DNA from: the human T2T-CHM13v2.0 reference genome, Homo sapiens
Length of the DNA: 64,000 bases
NCBI RefSeq assembly: GCF_009914755.1
Contig: NC_060927.1
Direction: 5' to 3' (one strand)
Shown here: positions 15,725 to 28,800 of the stretch, piece after piece
How the letters are laid out: the number at the start of each line of letters is the position of its first letter
Position numbering within the stretch: position 1 is the first letter of the stretch
The notes under the pieces: generated by a model
Told to the model about the DNA's origin: nothing
The model's input: only the letters and a program-made list of their open reading frames with translations
Database searches by the model: none
Program-made: the position numbers and the translations under genes

Positions 15725-16545
15725 CCAAGTGACATCCTTATCTTATTTTTTAATTCAAGGGGAAACATTAATATTTCCCTAATAAGTATAATTTTAGTTT
15801 AGTTGTTTAGTATTAATAGATACCTTTTATCAGAATAAGGATGTTCCCTTTTATTGCTTGTTTGCTGAGAGATTTTTAAAATTTTACTAAAGAAGAGACT
15901 TAGATTTGTTTTATGTATTTAGGTCTTATTCCATCTGCTATTAATTTATGCATGCTGTGATGTGGACAATTGTCTCAAAACCATTTATTGAATAGTCTGT
16001 CCTTCTCTATTGTCAATATTCCCCTAGCATATACACAGTTTCCATATATGCACAGATTTGTTTCTTGCTTCTCTGTTCTATTCATGGGTTATTTACCTAT
16101 CTTACACTAGTGCTACACTGTCTTGATTATTATGATTTTATAATATATTGATATCTGGTACGGAAATTACTGCCTCTTCCTCTCCCCCAACAACTCCCAT
16201 TTTCTTCTCCTTCTGTGAAACTGTCTTGGCTATCTGTTTCACTTTATCTTGTAAATTTAAAAATCAGCTTGTCATCTTTCATGGAAACCTCTGTTGCTAT
16301 TTTATCAAAATTTCACTAAATTTATTGAAAATTTACATCTTTGCCACATCAAACTCTCCCATCAGTGAACACGGTGTATTTCTCCATTTTCTTATTTAAT
16401 TGCTTTCAATACACTTTTATAATTTTATTCTCAAAAGCTACATTTCCTGTGGGTATTGTATATTTTTCTACTTTAAATAATATTTTTAATATTATATTTT
16501 CAATTTATTATGACTAGTATGTAAGAAAAAAACTAGTTTCTCTAA

Positions 16546-16940
<395 letters not shown>

Positions 16941-19394
16941 TAGACAATTATCACATTTTTCTAGAGATAATGATTGTTTTGACCCTTCCTTTCTGTTATA
17001 ACTTTCATTTATTTTTCTTGTCTAGGCTAGGGCTTCTGTGCCACAGTAAATAGAAGTAGATATATTGGTATCCTCATCTCATTCCTGACTTTAAATGAAT
17101 GCTTCTACTGTTCCACTATATGTATATAGTGAAATATATATATATATTTATATATATAGTGCTCTATCATTATCTATCTATATATCTCCTCTAATCATGT
17201 TAAGAAATTTGTCCAAAATTACTAGTTTGAATTTTGTTTTCATGAGCAAAGAGGTACTGAATTTTATGAGATACTTTTTACTAATCACATGATGTTTTTC
17301 CTCTTTAGTCTTTTGCAGTGTGGAATTATATCGAATATTAAGCCGTCCTGCATTTGTGAGAGAAACTCAACTAGGTCATTACGCATTTATAAAGTGGGCT
17401 TAACATTAGTTTTTCCCTCATAAGATATTGGGAGAGAATTACATAGGTTAAAAGGCCAGTACCTGGTATATAGTAAGCACTCAGCAAATGTTAACTATTA
17501 TTTACTTTAAGCACTGCTAGAGTCATTTTGCTAAAATTTTTATTTATGATTTATGCATCTATGTTCATAATTAAGATGGACCTGTATTTTTATTTCTCAT
17601 ACTGTCCTTGTCCGGTATTGATATCATGGTATTGATATCCTGGCTATACTAGCCCTGTAGAATAAGGTGGAGAATGTTTTTCTGTTTCAGTTATCTGGGA
17701 AAGTTTTAAAGAGATTGTAATGATCTGTTCTTTGTATATTTGTTATAATTTTCCTGTAAAACTAAATTGGTATGTTTTTTAATTTTTTTGTGTGTGAGTT
17801 GATTTTAAAATACTGACAGAATTGTCTTATTTGGTATAGAGATATTCAAGTTTTCTATCCCCTTAACTTTTAAGTATGAATCAAGATAACATTCCAATTA
17901 TACCTTTAATCCTTCCTCCAAGAAGTAAGAAGTAAGACCTTTTACAATTACCACTTACTGGGAGAATTCAGAGAATACAAAACAGACAAAATAACTCTAA
18001 ACAACTTGAATAAAATAAATGTGTACTTAAACTTAATGTAAAACTAAACATTACTTATATATAACCATTAATAATAAGAGGTAGCAAAAATTGGCTTAGA
18101 ACTATTGAAATATTTGCCTTCAGGGATAAATACATAGCCCTTGGACAAAGTCTCTCATGATTCACTCATAAGCATAAAAGAGCATTTGGTTTGAAATCAG
18201 GCACAGGATGCAAATGGATGCATATAATACAATTGTTAAAAATATGATCAAGGAAATAATAGCAAACAAGTCTAAGAGGCAAACACCCCTGCCACAGCAC
18301 AAGAGTCTCCTGGCCCTATCTCATCAACTTTTTAATCAGTGTTTTAAAATGAAGACCAGAGTGGCTCTGCTCATAAAATTTATGGGTGACAAGAACCTTG
18401 GAAGAGCTGCAGATACACTGAGATGAAAAAACATCTAACAAGATCTTTGCATGCCAAAGCAATGGGTGAATCTCATGAAAGAAAAGTGTAAAGAATTAAA
18501 AGTAAGTACTTGCATAAGACAAAAAGCCTGCTAAACACAGAGTATGGCAGAAATTGCTGAATATACTAAGACAATTTATATTTAAAAATTTGGAGATTTC
18601 AAATATAAGTCAAGAGAAATCAAAGATGTGATTGTGTGATTGACAAAAAACTGAATTTGATTTTAGGTTACATTAAGGAAAATACAGTATTAATAGGGAG
18701 GATAAATCCATTTTAGTCCTCATAAGCAAGCAAATCAGAGCACATGCAGGGGAGGGCAGCCAAGCAGAGCGGGGGTCTGGGTACATCTTGCAAATGGATG
18801 CAGAAACAAGTCATCATCTGCTGAGTGAGCAAGCTGAGAGGGAAACTATGAATGTTATGCCTGAGGAGGAAAAGAGGGAAGTGCAAAGGGAAGGAGTGGT
18901 GAGATATGAAAGTCGGAGCTAGTTTTTGAAAGTTTGTCATGTGAAAGAGGAACGAGGGTTTATTAGGCCCAAGAAAAGGGCCTTAGTCAAAAGTGGGAGG
19001 CCACAAGGGGAGAACCTCTAATTCAACAAAAGGAAGAAATGTCTAGTACTCAATTTTGTCCAGAGATAAAGTGGGTTGTCACAGGAAACAGTGAGTGAGT
19101 TCCCTGGCAATAAAGGGATTCAAATATAGGAAGGCAAGTATGATTATCCTCATCACCACCTTAGCTGATATTTATTGAAAGCTGACTATGTTTTGGCATT
19201 ATCTCATGTCATTGTCTAAACATCTATATGTACATATGAGGAAACAGAGGCTGGGAAAATAAAAATACAATAGTGTATTTGGCGGTGCTAAGATTACATT
19301 GTGAAAGTAGACTTTACAGTGAAATGGTCAGGGTTTGAATCTTGCTTTTAACTCCTCTAAGCTTCAGCTTGCTCACTTACAAAATGATATAGTG

Positions 19395-19940
19395 GACATT
19401 TGTGTTCTTTCATTTCCCACTATTCATTCACCTATTGTTGGCAACAGTCCTGGGTTTCTTTTGGGGATCTACTCCTCCTCTACTCCCAATCTATGTGGCT
19501 TTGCTGCAGCCGACTCCCATTCCCTGCTTTGAGGGTGGCTCATGACCTAAGCCTGACCAACTGAAGTACAGTATCCCCTGGAAATAATGATGGATTGGTT
19601 CAGAAATGTTCATGTGGCCTGTGTCAGATCAAAGAGAAAAAAAGAGGCTGGATGTGAACTTTCTTTTTCTTAATTGGTATTCATGATGATGTGAGCTGGA
19701 AGCTGTAGAGGCCTACACCAATCGCAAAAGTAAAACCCATCCTGAGGAAGCAGAGCTGAGAATTGACTTTTGGGACACAATTGAGCCCTGAATCAACCAT
19801 CTGGGAAGTCTGGTATGCTCATGGACTTTGCAGGCATGTGTGCCAAGGAGGAGTTGTTGTTGCTCCTCTTTCTCCTTCTCTTCTTCCTCATCATCAAGTC
19901 GTTTACATCTGTAGGTTTCTGTTACCTAAAATACTACTAA
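19395..19940. mobile_element. Probable old MLT1-type LTR between MIR fragments
   Basis: Motifs CATGACCTAAGCCTGACCAA, GATTGGTTCAG and GAGCCCTGAATCAACC resemble old MaLR LTRs; similar pieces at about 11470-11870 and 29430-29760. Confidence 0.45.
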
Positions 19941-21164
19941 CTGGTAAAATGGGATAATAATAGGACTTCTTTTATGAGGTTCTCGTGGGCATTGAATGAT
20001 ATAATCGGTATAAATGGCTTAATACAGTACCTGGCATCAGAAATGCATGCAGTAAATTTTAGCCATTGTAGCTATTATTAATGTTATTGTAATTATCATC
20101 ATCATCATTGCATGGATGACCATTCAATGTATTTTATAGAAGTAGAAACATGGGAAAATAAGGATTAGTGTACTGCAAGGCAATGAAGATCTAAAGAGGA
20201 GAAAAACTATAAGTAATGAAAAAAGAAACCCCATGATGACTCCTCAGGCTGTCTGGTAGGGGATGTAAGACAAAGAATTGCAGAGCAGAAAACTTACTAA
20301 TCAGAGAGAGCAAGATCCCTTCTGCTTTGCAACTTAAAGTTTGATGGGCTCATGTGAGTGATAATGGAGTTTTACAGTCACATCAGTCTTAAAACTCCAA
20401 ACCCTGAGATATGTAGCCCCAACCTTTTACAGGTCAAATTACCATTCATTTTATGATAATTTTCATAGTGCCAGATCAAATAAACCAAATTATTTGTTTA
20501 TTTCAAATGCTTGCAGTGAATTTAGAAAGTGTACTTTGTGTTTCAAAGATTTCATTGTCATCGAAAAAGCATTTTTTAAAAACCCAAAGAGATGAGCTAA
20601 GTTCTTGGCAGCAATAAAGGGGTAATTCATTTTTTTTTCATAAATCTGTTATTTGCAAGTCTGACTATCATGGTTTTAAAATGTGTGGTGTGTATAAGTG
20701 TTTTAAATTCCTATAAAATTTGTTTCAAAAATGTAGCCAAGGTGTTGAAAAAAACATAATTGCTTTTATGGGCTTTAAGCAAATTTAATATTACATATAA
20801 AGTGAAATTGGTGATTTAATCCCGTGGCCAAAGGAAATTGGAAATGAAAATACTGACTAGTATTATTAATGACAAATCTTTAGAGGGAAGCACAGGTTGA
20901 GTGATAAATTTCCACTCTCAGCTGGAGTTCAGACATACCTGGCAGACCACTGGGGTGGCTGGTCAGCAGTCTTGCAATGGTACTAAGAACCCACCTTAGG
21001 AATGTCTGGTACAATGAGCTTAAGTTAGGAACAAAACTTTAGTTCTTGGAAGGCAATAGGCATTTTGAGAATTAAAGTATTAATTTGTTGGTAACCCCAA
21101 CTCCTGGGTGAATAGTTGAGCCCAGGGGAAGGAAAGACAGCTTTAGATAAAACAATAATCTATT

Positions 21165-24100
21165 TTATTTTAGTTTTTCAACTTTTAGAGTCAAGGGTAC
21201 ATGTGCAGGTTTCTTACAAGGCTATATTGCATGATGCTTAGGTTTGGGGTACAATTGAACCCATCACAGAGGCAGTGAGCACAGTACCCAATAAGTAGTT
21301 TTTCTATCCTTGTCCCTCTCTTCCTACCCCTCTTTCAGTCCCCCAGTGTCTATCATTCCCATCTTTATGTCCACATGTACCCAATGATTAGTTCCCACTT
21401 ATAAGTGAAAACATGTGGTATCTGCATTAATTCGCTTAGGATAATGGCCTCTAGCTGCATCCACGTTGCTGCAAAGGACATGATTTTGTTCTTATTTATG
21501 GTAGCATAGTATTCCTTGGTGTATATGTACCACATTTTCTTCATCCAATCCACTGTTGATGGGCACCTAGGTTAATTCCATGTCTTTGCTATTGTAAATA
21601 GTGTTGCAATGAAGATATGAGTACATGTGTCTTTTTGGTAGAAGGATTTATTTTCCTTTGGGTATATATACCCAGCAGTAGAATTGCTGGGTCAAATAAT
21701 AGTTCTATTTTAACTTCTTTGAGAAATCACCAAACTGCTTTCCACACTGGCTGAACTGATGGGCATTCCCACAAATAGTGTATAAGCGTTCTCTTTTCTC
21801 TGCAGCCTTGCCAACATCTATTGTTTTCTGAATTTTTAATAACAGACATTTTGACTGGTATGAGATGGTACCTCATTGTGATTTTGATTTGCATTTCTCT
21901 GAGGATTAGTGATGTGGAGCATGTTTTCATATACTTGTTGACTGCTTTCATGTCTTCTTTTGAGAAGTGTCTGTTCATGTCCTTTGCCGCCTTTTTTTTT
22001 TCTTTAAGTTCAGGGGTACATAGGCAGTTTTTTTATATAGGTAAACTTGTGTCATGGGGGTTTGTTGAACAGATTATTTTATTACCCAGGTATTAAGCCC
22101 AGTACCTGTTAGTTATTTTTCTTGATCCTCTCCCTTTTCCCACCCTTCACCCTCCAATAGGCCCCAGTATCTTTTGTTCCTCTCTATGTGTCCAGGTATT
22201 GTCATAATTTAGCTCCCACTTATAAGTGACAACATGCGGTATTTGGTTTCCTGTTCCTGTGTTAGCTTGCTAAGGATAATAGCCTCTGGCTCCATCCAAG
22301 TTCCTGCAAAGGACATGATCTTGCTCTTTTTTACGGCTGCATAGTTTTCCATGGTGTATAGGTATCACATTTTCTTTAGCCAGTCTATGATTGATGGGCG
22401 TTTAGGTTGATTCCAATGTCTTTGCTAACGTGAATAGTGCTGCAATGAACATATGTGTGCATGTGTCTTTATGATGGAACAATTTATATTTCTTTGGGTA
22501 TATACCCAGTAATGGGATTGCTGAGTTGATTGTAGTTCTGTTTTTAGGTTTTTGAGGACCAATCACCACTAACAGTGTATAAGCATTCCTTTTTCTCCAC
22601 AACCTTGCCAATAGCTGTTATTTTTTAATAATACACTGTTGTGAGATGGTATCTCATTGTGGTTTTGATTTGCATTTCTCTAATGATCAGTAATGTTGAG
22701 TTTTTTTCATGATTGTTGGCTGCATGTATGTCTTCTTTTGAAAAGTGTCTTTTCATGTCCTTTGCCCACTTTGTAATTTTTTTCTTGTAAATTTCTTTAA
22801 GTTTCTTATAGATGTTGGATATTAGACCTTTGTCAGATGCATACTTTGCAAATATTTCCTTTCATCCTCTAGATTGTTCACTCTGTTGATAGTTTCTTTT
22901 GCTGTGCAGAAGCTCTTTAGTTTAATTAGATCATATTTGTCAATTTTTGCTCTTGTTGCAGTTGCCTTTGTTGCAATTGCTTTTGGTATCTTCTTCATGA
23001 AATTTTTGCACATTCCTATGTCCAGAATGGTGTTGCCTAGGTTGTCTTCCAGCGTTTTTATAGTTTTGGGTTTTACATTTAAGTATTTAATCCATCTTGA
23101 GTTAATTTTTGTATGTGGTATAAAGAAGGGGTCCAGTTTTAATCTTCTGCATATGACTAGGCAGTTATTCCAGCACCTTTTATTGAATAGGTAGTCTTTT
23201 GCCCATTGCTTGTTTTTGTCAGCTTTTTCAGAGATTAGATAGTTGTAGGTGTGTAGCCTTATTTCTGGTTCTCTATTCTGTTCTATTGGTCTATGCGTGT
23301 GTTTTTGTACCCGTACCATGCTGTTTTGCTTACTATATCCCTATTTGAAGTCAGTTTGAAGTAATACAGTGTGATGCCTCCAGGTTTGTTCTTTTTGCTT
23401 AGGATTGCCTTGGCTATTCAGGCTCTTTTTTGGTTCCATATGAATTTTAAAATATTTTTTCTAGTTCTGTGATGAATGTCATTAGTAATTTAATAGGAAT
23501 AATATTGAATCTATAAATTACTTTGGGCAGCATGGCCATTTTAATGATATTGTTTCCTCCTATCCATGAGTATAGAATATTTTTCCATTTGTTTGTGTCA
23601 TCTCTGACTTCTTTGAGGAGTGTTTTGTAGTTCTCCTTATAGAGATCTTTCAACTCCCTGGTTAGCTGGATTCCTAGGTATTTTATTTGTATGTGTGTGT
23701 GGCACTTGTAAATGGGATTGCATTTCTGATTTGGCTCTCAGCTTGGCTACTGGTGGTGTGTGGGAGTGCTAGTGACTTTTGTACATTGATTTTTGTATCC
23801 TGAGACTTTGCTGAAGTTGTTTATCAGCTTAAGGAGCTTTTTGGGTTGAGACTATGGCATTTTCTAGATATAGGATCATGTCATTTACAAATAGGGATAG
23901 TTTGACTTCCTCTCTTCCTATTTGGATGTGCTATATTTCTTTCTCTTTCATGATTGCTCTGGCCAGGATTTCCAACACTATGTTGAATAGGAGTGGTGAG
24001 AGAGGGCGTCCTTGTCTTGTGCCAGTTTTCAGTGGTAATGTTTCCAGCTTTTGCCCATTCAGTATGATGTTGGCTGTGGGTTTGCCATTGATGGCTCTTA

Positions 24101-25540
24101 CTATTTTGAGGTATCCTTCTTCAATACCTAGATTATTGGGAATTTTTAACATGAAGCGGTGTTGAATTTTATCAAAAGCCTTATCTGCATCTATTGGATT
24201 TGTCTTTAGTTGTGTTTATGTGATGAATCACATTTATTGATTTGCATATGTTCAACCAACCTTGCATCCCAGGGATAAAGCCTACTTGATCATGATCGAT
24301 AAGCTTTTTGATGTGCTGCTGGATTTGTTTTGCCAGTATTTTGTTGAGAGTTTTTGCATCAGTGTTCAAGGATATTGCCTTGAAGTTTTCTTTTTATGTT
24401 GTGTCTCTGCCAGATTTTGGTATCAGGATGATGGTGGCCTTATAGAATGAGTTAGGGAGGAGTCTCTTCTCCTCAATTTTTTGGAATAGCTTCAGCAGGA
24501 ATGGTACCAGCTCTTCTTTGTATATCTGGTAGAATTCAGCTGTGAATCTGTCTGGTCCCAAGCTTATTGTGATTGGTAGACTATTTATTACTGATTCAAT
24601 TTCAGAGCTCATTATTGGTCTGTTCAGGGATTCAATTTCTTACTGGTTAGGTCTTAAGGGTGTATGTGCCCAGGAATTTATTAGTTTCCTCTAGATTTTC
24701 TAGTTAATGTGTATAGAGGTGTTCATAATATCTTCTGATGGTTGTTTGTATTTCTGTGGGGTCAATAGTAATATCACCTTGTTGTTTCTGGTTGTGTTTA
24801 TTTGGAGCTTCTCTATTATCTTCTTTATTAGTCTAGCTAGCTCCTGGATTTGTTGATCTTTTAAATTTATTTGTGTCTTAATCGCCTTCAGCTCAGCTCT
24901 GATTTTGGTTATTTCTTGCCTTCTGCTAGCTTTGGACTTGGTTTCCTCTTGGTTCTCTAGTTCTTTTAGTTATGCTGTTAGGTTGTTAAATTGAGATCTT
25001 TCTAACTTTTTGATTTGCACTTTTTAATGGGGCTATTTGTTTCTTGCTTGTTGAATTGCTTAAGTTCCTTATAGATTCTGGATATTAGACCTTTTTCAGA
25101 TGCATAGTTTGCAAAAATTTTCTCCCATTCTGTAGGTTGTCTGTTGACTCTGTTGATAATTTCTTCTGCTGTCTAGAAGCTCTCTAATTCAATTAGGTCC
25201 CACTTGTCAGTTTTTGTTTTTGTCATAATTGGTTTTAAGGACTTAGCCATAAATTTATTGCCAAGGCTATTGTCAAGAAGGGTATTTCCTAGATTTTCCT
25301 TGAGGACTTTTATAGTTTGAGGTCTTGCATTTAGGTCTTTAATCCATTTTGAGTTAATTTTTGTATATGGTGATAGTTGTCCAGTTTTATTCCTCTGCAT
25401 ATAGATACCCAGTTATCCTAGCACCATTTGTTGAATAGGGAGTCCTTCCCCCACTGATTATTTTTGTTGAATTTGTCAAAGATCAGATGGTGGCTCTAGG
25501 TGTGCAGCTTTATTTCTGGGTTCTCTATTCTGTTCTACTG
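21165..25540 (-). mobile_element. Composite L1: an L1PB/L1PA-type 3' fragment with about 3 kb of a second L1 inserted (about 21991-25015)
   Basis: Two L1 3' ends (21165 and 21991). ORF-track peptides are ORF2p fragments ([52 protein letters not shown]), with many stops and frameshifts. Confidence 0.9.
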
Positions 25541-26034
25541 AAAAACCATCTATGTTACTGCAAACATGGCAACTCAGTTTGGCACTGCTCTGGGGCCTCT
25601 CTACCAAGGTATAACACTGAGGAGAAAGGCTAGTGTTCTTTCCCATCCTGCCACAGGCTGCCACACTGAATTACTGGGCTAAGGACTTGGTTGTTCCTAA
25701 AGCTTCCAGTGGTTCAGCACAAAGACTGCCATCACTGGCAGGGCAGCACGGAGTTCCCAGGAGTGGAGTCCATTCCTGGGACCTGCATGGCAGTGGCCTT
25801 AGGGTCTGCTGGGCTCGCATGGTGGAAGAGGACAGCACCCCACCATGCTATTCCAGGAAGCATGGACAAAATAGCAGTATGGGCTTGGGGATTAGTCTGG
25901 ATACCTTGGGAAGAGAGCACACATAGGACACCCTTGGGGACCCTAAGAATTAATTGGACTGTGAGCACTTTACAGAGGGTTGACGATCAACCTTATCATG
26001 TGGTGGGTTATGGCAGTAAACTGTGGGCTGAGAT

Positions 26035-26149
26035 ACTCATGGGCCTCATGCATCTTTATTAATGAGAACTGGGGACATTTGGATGCACATCAATTAATAT
26101 CATGTATTGTTCTCTGACTTCAAGTTCAAAAACATGTTTTTTGATTGAT
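26035..26149 (-). other. VEPH1: Candidate VEPH1 alternative terminal exon with intronic poly(A) signal
   Basis: Strong acceptor TTCTCCTTCTTTTATTTTCTTTGGTTTCAG ending 26150; in-frame DQSKNMFLNLKSENNT* (stop 26102-26100); AATAAA at 26060-26055. The 3' end is approximate. Confidence 0.6.
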
Positions 26150-26740
26150 CTGAAACCAAAGAAAATAAAAGAAGGAGAATATTTTGCATGAACTAATTTG
26201 AGCTTCTTATTCATTCAAATGTTGTAACAATTAACAGAGGTGTACTATTTGGCTTTTTATGCTAGTATTTATGCTTGTTATCCAAATCATGTTCACATTT
26301 AAGAAGTCATTACACATTTTCTGATGTATTTTATCTAACAAAAGACATTTCTTGCTTTTGGAAGCAAATGAAGACAGGTTTTTCATACCCCACTGAGTGA
26401 CGTGTTCCACTCAGTACACAGAGATAAGATCTCCACAGTTGGTAGTTGAACAGGTGACCAGAAGCACGGAAATGCAGTTCTTCAAACTGAGAAACACAGA
26501 TTTGGAAGAATGCTTACAATTCTTTTAATGAGTCTAAGTAATTCATCTGCCTTGGGAAGGGACACAGACAGCCAGATTAAGTAACCTTTTGCATGTTCAC
26601 AGGTCAACTGGCAGCAAAACAGAGAAATTAATTTGCTTCTAATACTCTAGGTCTTGCTTCCCACAAACCATAAATGCTTGATGAAAATACTTTTAAATAT
26701 CTCCCAAAACATGTCCCCAAGCTCAACTTTCGCACCATAC

Positions 26741-26915
26741 CTTGGAGTATGCTCTTTACTATAACTTCCGTGTGATCAGCCAGGAGATCTGCCTTGGTAA
26801 TTGCAGCCAGAGACAGGTAGTTAGACATATTCCTGCACAGTTCCTTGTTGCCTCTGTGGAGGAATTTCACTGCAATGGGGATGGCTAATGCCATCACTGG
26901 GGGTCGGTTGTAATT
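26741..26915 (-). CDS. VEPH1: VEPH1 third coding exon
   Basis: Acceptor TTTCCTCAG; translates [58 protein letters not shown](G). Donor AAG|GTATGG; 175 nt. The next full-length exon was not found in the window, so PTX3 lies in the following intron. Confidence 0.95.
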
Positions 26916-26959
26916 CTGAGGAAATATAAGAAAGCCACAAATAATAAGTGACTCATTAT

Positions 26960-27560
26960 TCATTTATTCATTCATTCACTCATTCAAAAAATATTTATTG
27001 GATTAAGCTACCAGAGTACAGCTGTGAAAACACAGGCCTTGCCCTGTTTATATTGTATTTGGGAATTCTGGGAACTCTTGGTTTTGTTTAAGAGACCTAA
27101 AGACAAACAGGCAGTTAACAGCATAAACTGATGACAGCCGAGATGGGCAAAAGGCAGGGTGCTAAGAGAGCAGAGAAGGAGCACTCAATCCAGTCTTGGG
27201 GAATGTCAAGAAAGACTTCCTGGAGGGGGTAATGTCTTAGTTGGGACTTCATGGATGAATAAGAGATGGCTGGGTGCTGGCAAGGCAGGGAGTAGACAGA
27301 AAGAAGGAAGAGTAGGTATGCAGAGACTGAGGTGAGGGAGTACCTGATGGCACTGGAGAGCTGTAAATAGCTCAGGATGGCTGAAGTGTGGTATGTGTGA
27401 GAAAACTGGAGTGGGAGGTGAGGGGAGAGACGGGGCAGGTAAACAGGGGCATGATTATGAAAGGTCCGGCATACAAGGCTAAGAAGTTTGGCATTGATCT
27501 TTAGGGTAATCGGGGGCCACTGATAACAGGAATCACTTGTCAGATTTACACTTGAGAAAA
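26960..27560 (-). mobile_element. L2 fragment
   Basis: ATTCATTCATTCACTCATTCAAAAAATATTTATTG 3' end signature followed by purine-rich L2 body. Confidence 0.7.
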
Positions 27561-28129
27561 AAACCTAAGGAATGTTGAACAAGTCGCTTTTTGCCTATAT
27601 CTATCTTAAAAATTAAAGTTTCAGCTAATTAGATTCAGAGGAAAAAAAATAAATGAATGTAAGATTAAAACCTAAAGGTATTCTGGATCCTAAAATAATT
27701 CTCTTCTTGATTTACTTTGTGACTGAATATAAATATCCTTACATATAAAGTAGTCCTATTAGCATTTAGTTACCAAATTAGGGAATAATATTTAGAAAAT
27801 ACAAATTGCTTTCTTTTTTTTTCTACCACATAATGTTTTGGTCAACAAATTGTTTTCTTAAAAATGAATGGTACATATTCACTACACCTGGCCATCAACC
27901 CCACCTCTCAGACTAACTGTAGAAAAAAAAACTGTGCAGTGCACAGCGTGTTTGGGAGAAATAGCCCTGGACTCCTACTCTTGCATTATTTGATGACAGA
28001 CAAAGTTCTGTGTTGCTTGTCCCACTGTTATATTCAGATCTTTGTTTTGTAGCTGAGCTTGTACCCTGATTAATACAATGCAAAGCCAGGACCACTTACA
28101 TTCTTTAACTTTCCCTGTGGCTTAAAGAG

Positions 28130-28800
28130 AAAACTATATTCTTAGAATGAAATGTAGAACTCCACCTTTATACATCAAATCTTACAATAAGGACAAAAGA
28201 AAAGACATGAGATAAAAATTGTCATTGATACATACAATTCCTGAGCAATAGAAATGGGGCAATTGGGTCAATTAGATATTTACATGGGGAAAAAACATAT
28301 CCCCACCCCTATATCTGCCATAACTAAAATCAATTTCAGATAGATTGCAGATCTAAAGGTGAAAAATAAAACAAGACAGAGAAGACAACCCAGGAGAACA
28401 TCTCGATGGCCTCAGAGTAGGCAAGGACTTCCTTAAACCTAACTCAAAAATAATTAACAATAAAAAAGTCATAAAGTGGATAAAATCAAGAACTTCTAGT
28501 CATCAAGAGATATCATTTAAAAAGTGAAAAGATAATCCAAAGAGTGAAAGAAGATATCTATAATATGTTCTGGGTACTGGTAAACCTTTGGATAAATGTA
28601 TTTTATATATATAATATATATTATAAATATAAAAGTATTATTTATATATATATAATATATATACACACTCTTCCAATCCATAAGAAAAAGAAGATGCAAT
28701 CAAACAGAAAAGTAGACAGAGGACTTAAACAGACACGTTACAAAATAAAGCTCCAAAACATGAAAATATGCTCAATTTCATTAATTTTTAATTTTGCTCT
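28130..28800 (+). mobile_element. Old L1 ORF2 3' fragment with internal TA-rich tract
   Basis: AAAATCAATTTCAGATAGATTGCAGATCTAAA resembles the L1 [11 protein letters not shown] region. Confidence 0.6.

Noticed and set aside
20300-20830. Non-repetitive AT-rich block with homeodomain-like motifs, as a possible conserved enhancer (similar block at about 45100-45850)
   Set aside because: Cannot be supported without conservation or chromatin data; such motifs are common in AT-rich DNA.
21365-25400. Reverse transcriptase-like ORFs as a functional gene
   Set aside because: Broken L1 ORF2 pieces in different frames with many stops.
25633-26062. Three overlapping 78-123 aa ORFs in a GC-richer patch next to the L1 end
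   Set aside because: No recognisable domain or splice structure; probably an unidentified old repeat or unique intron.
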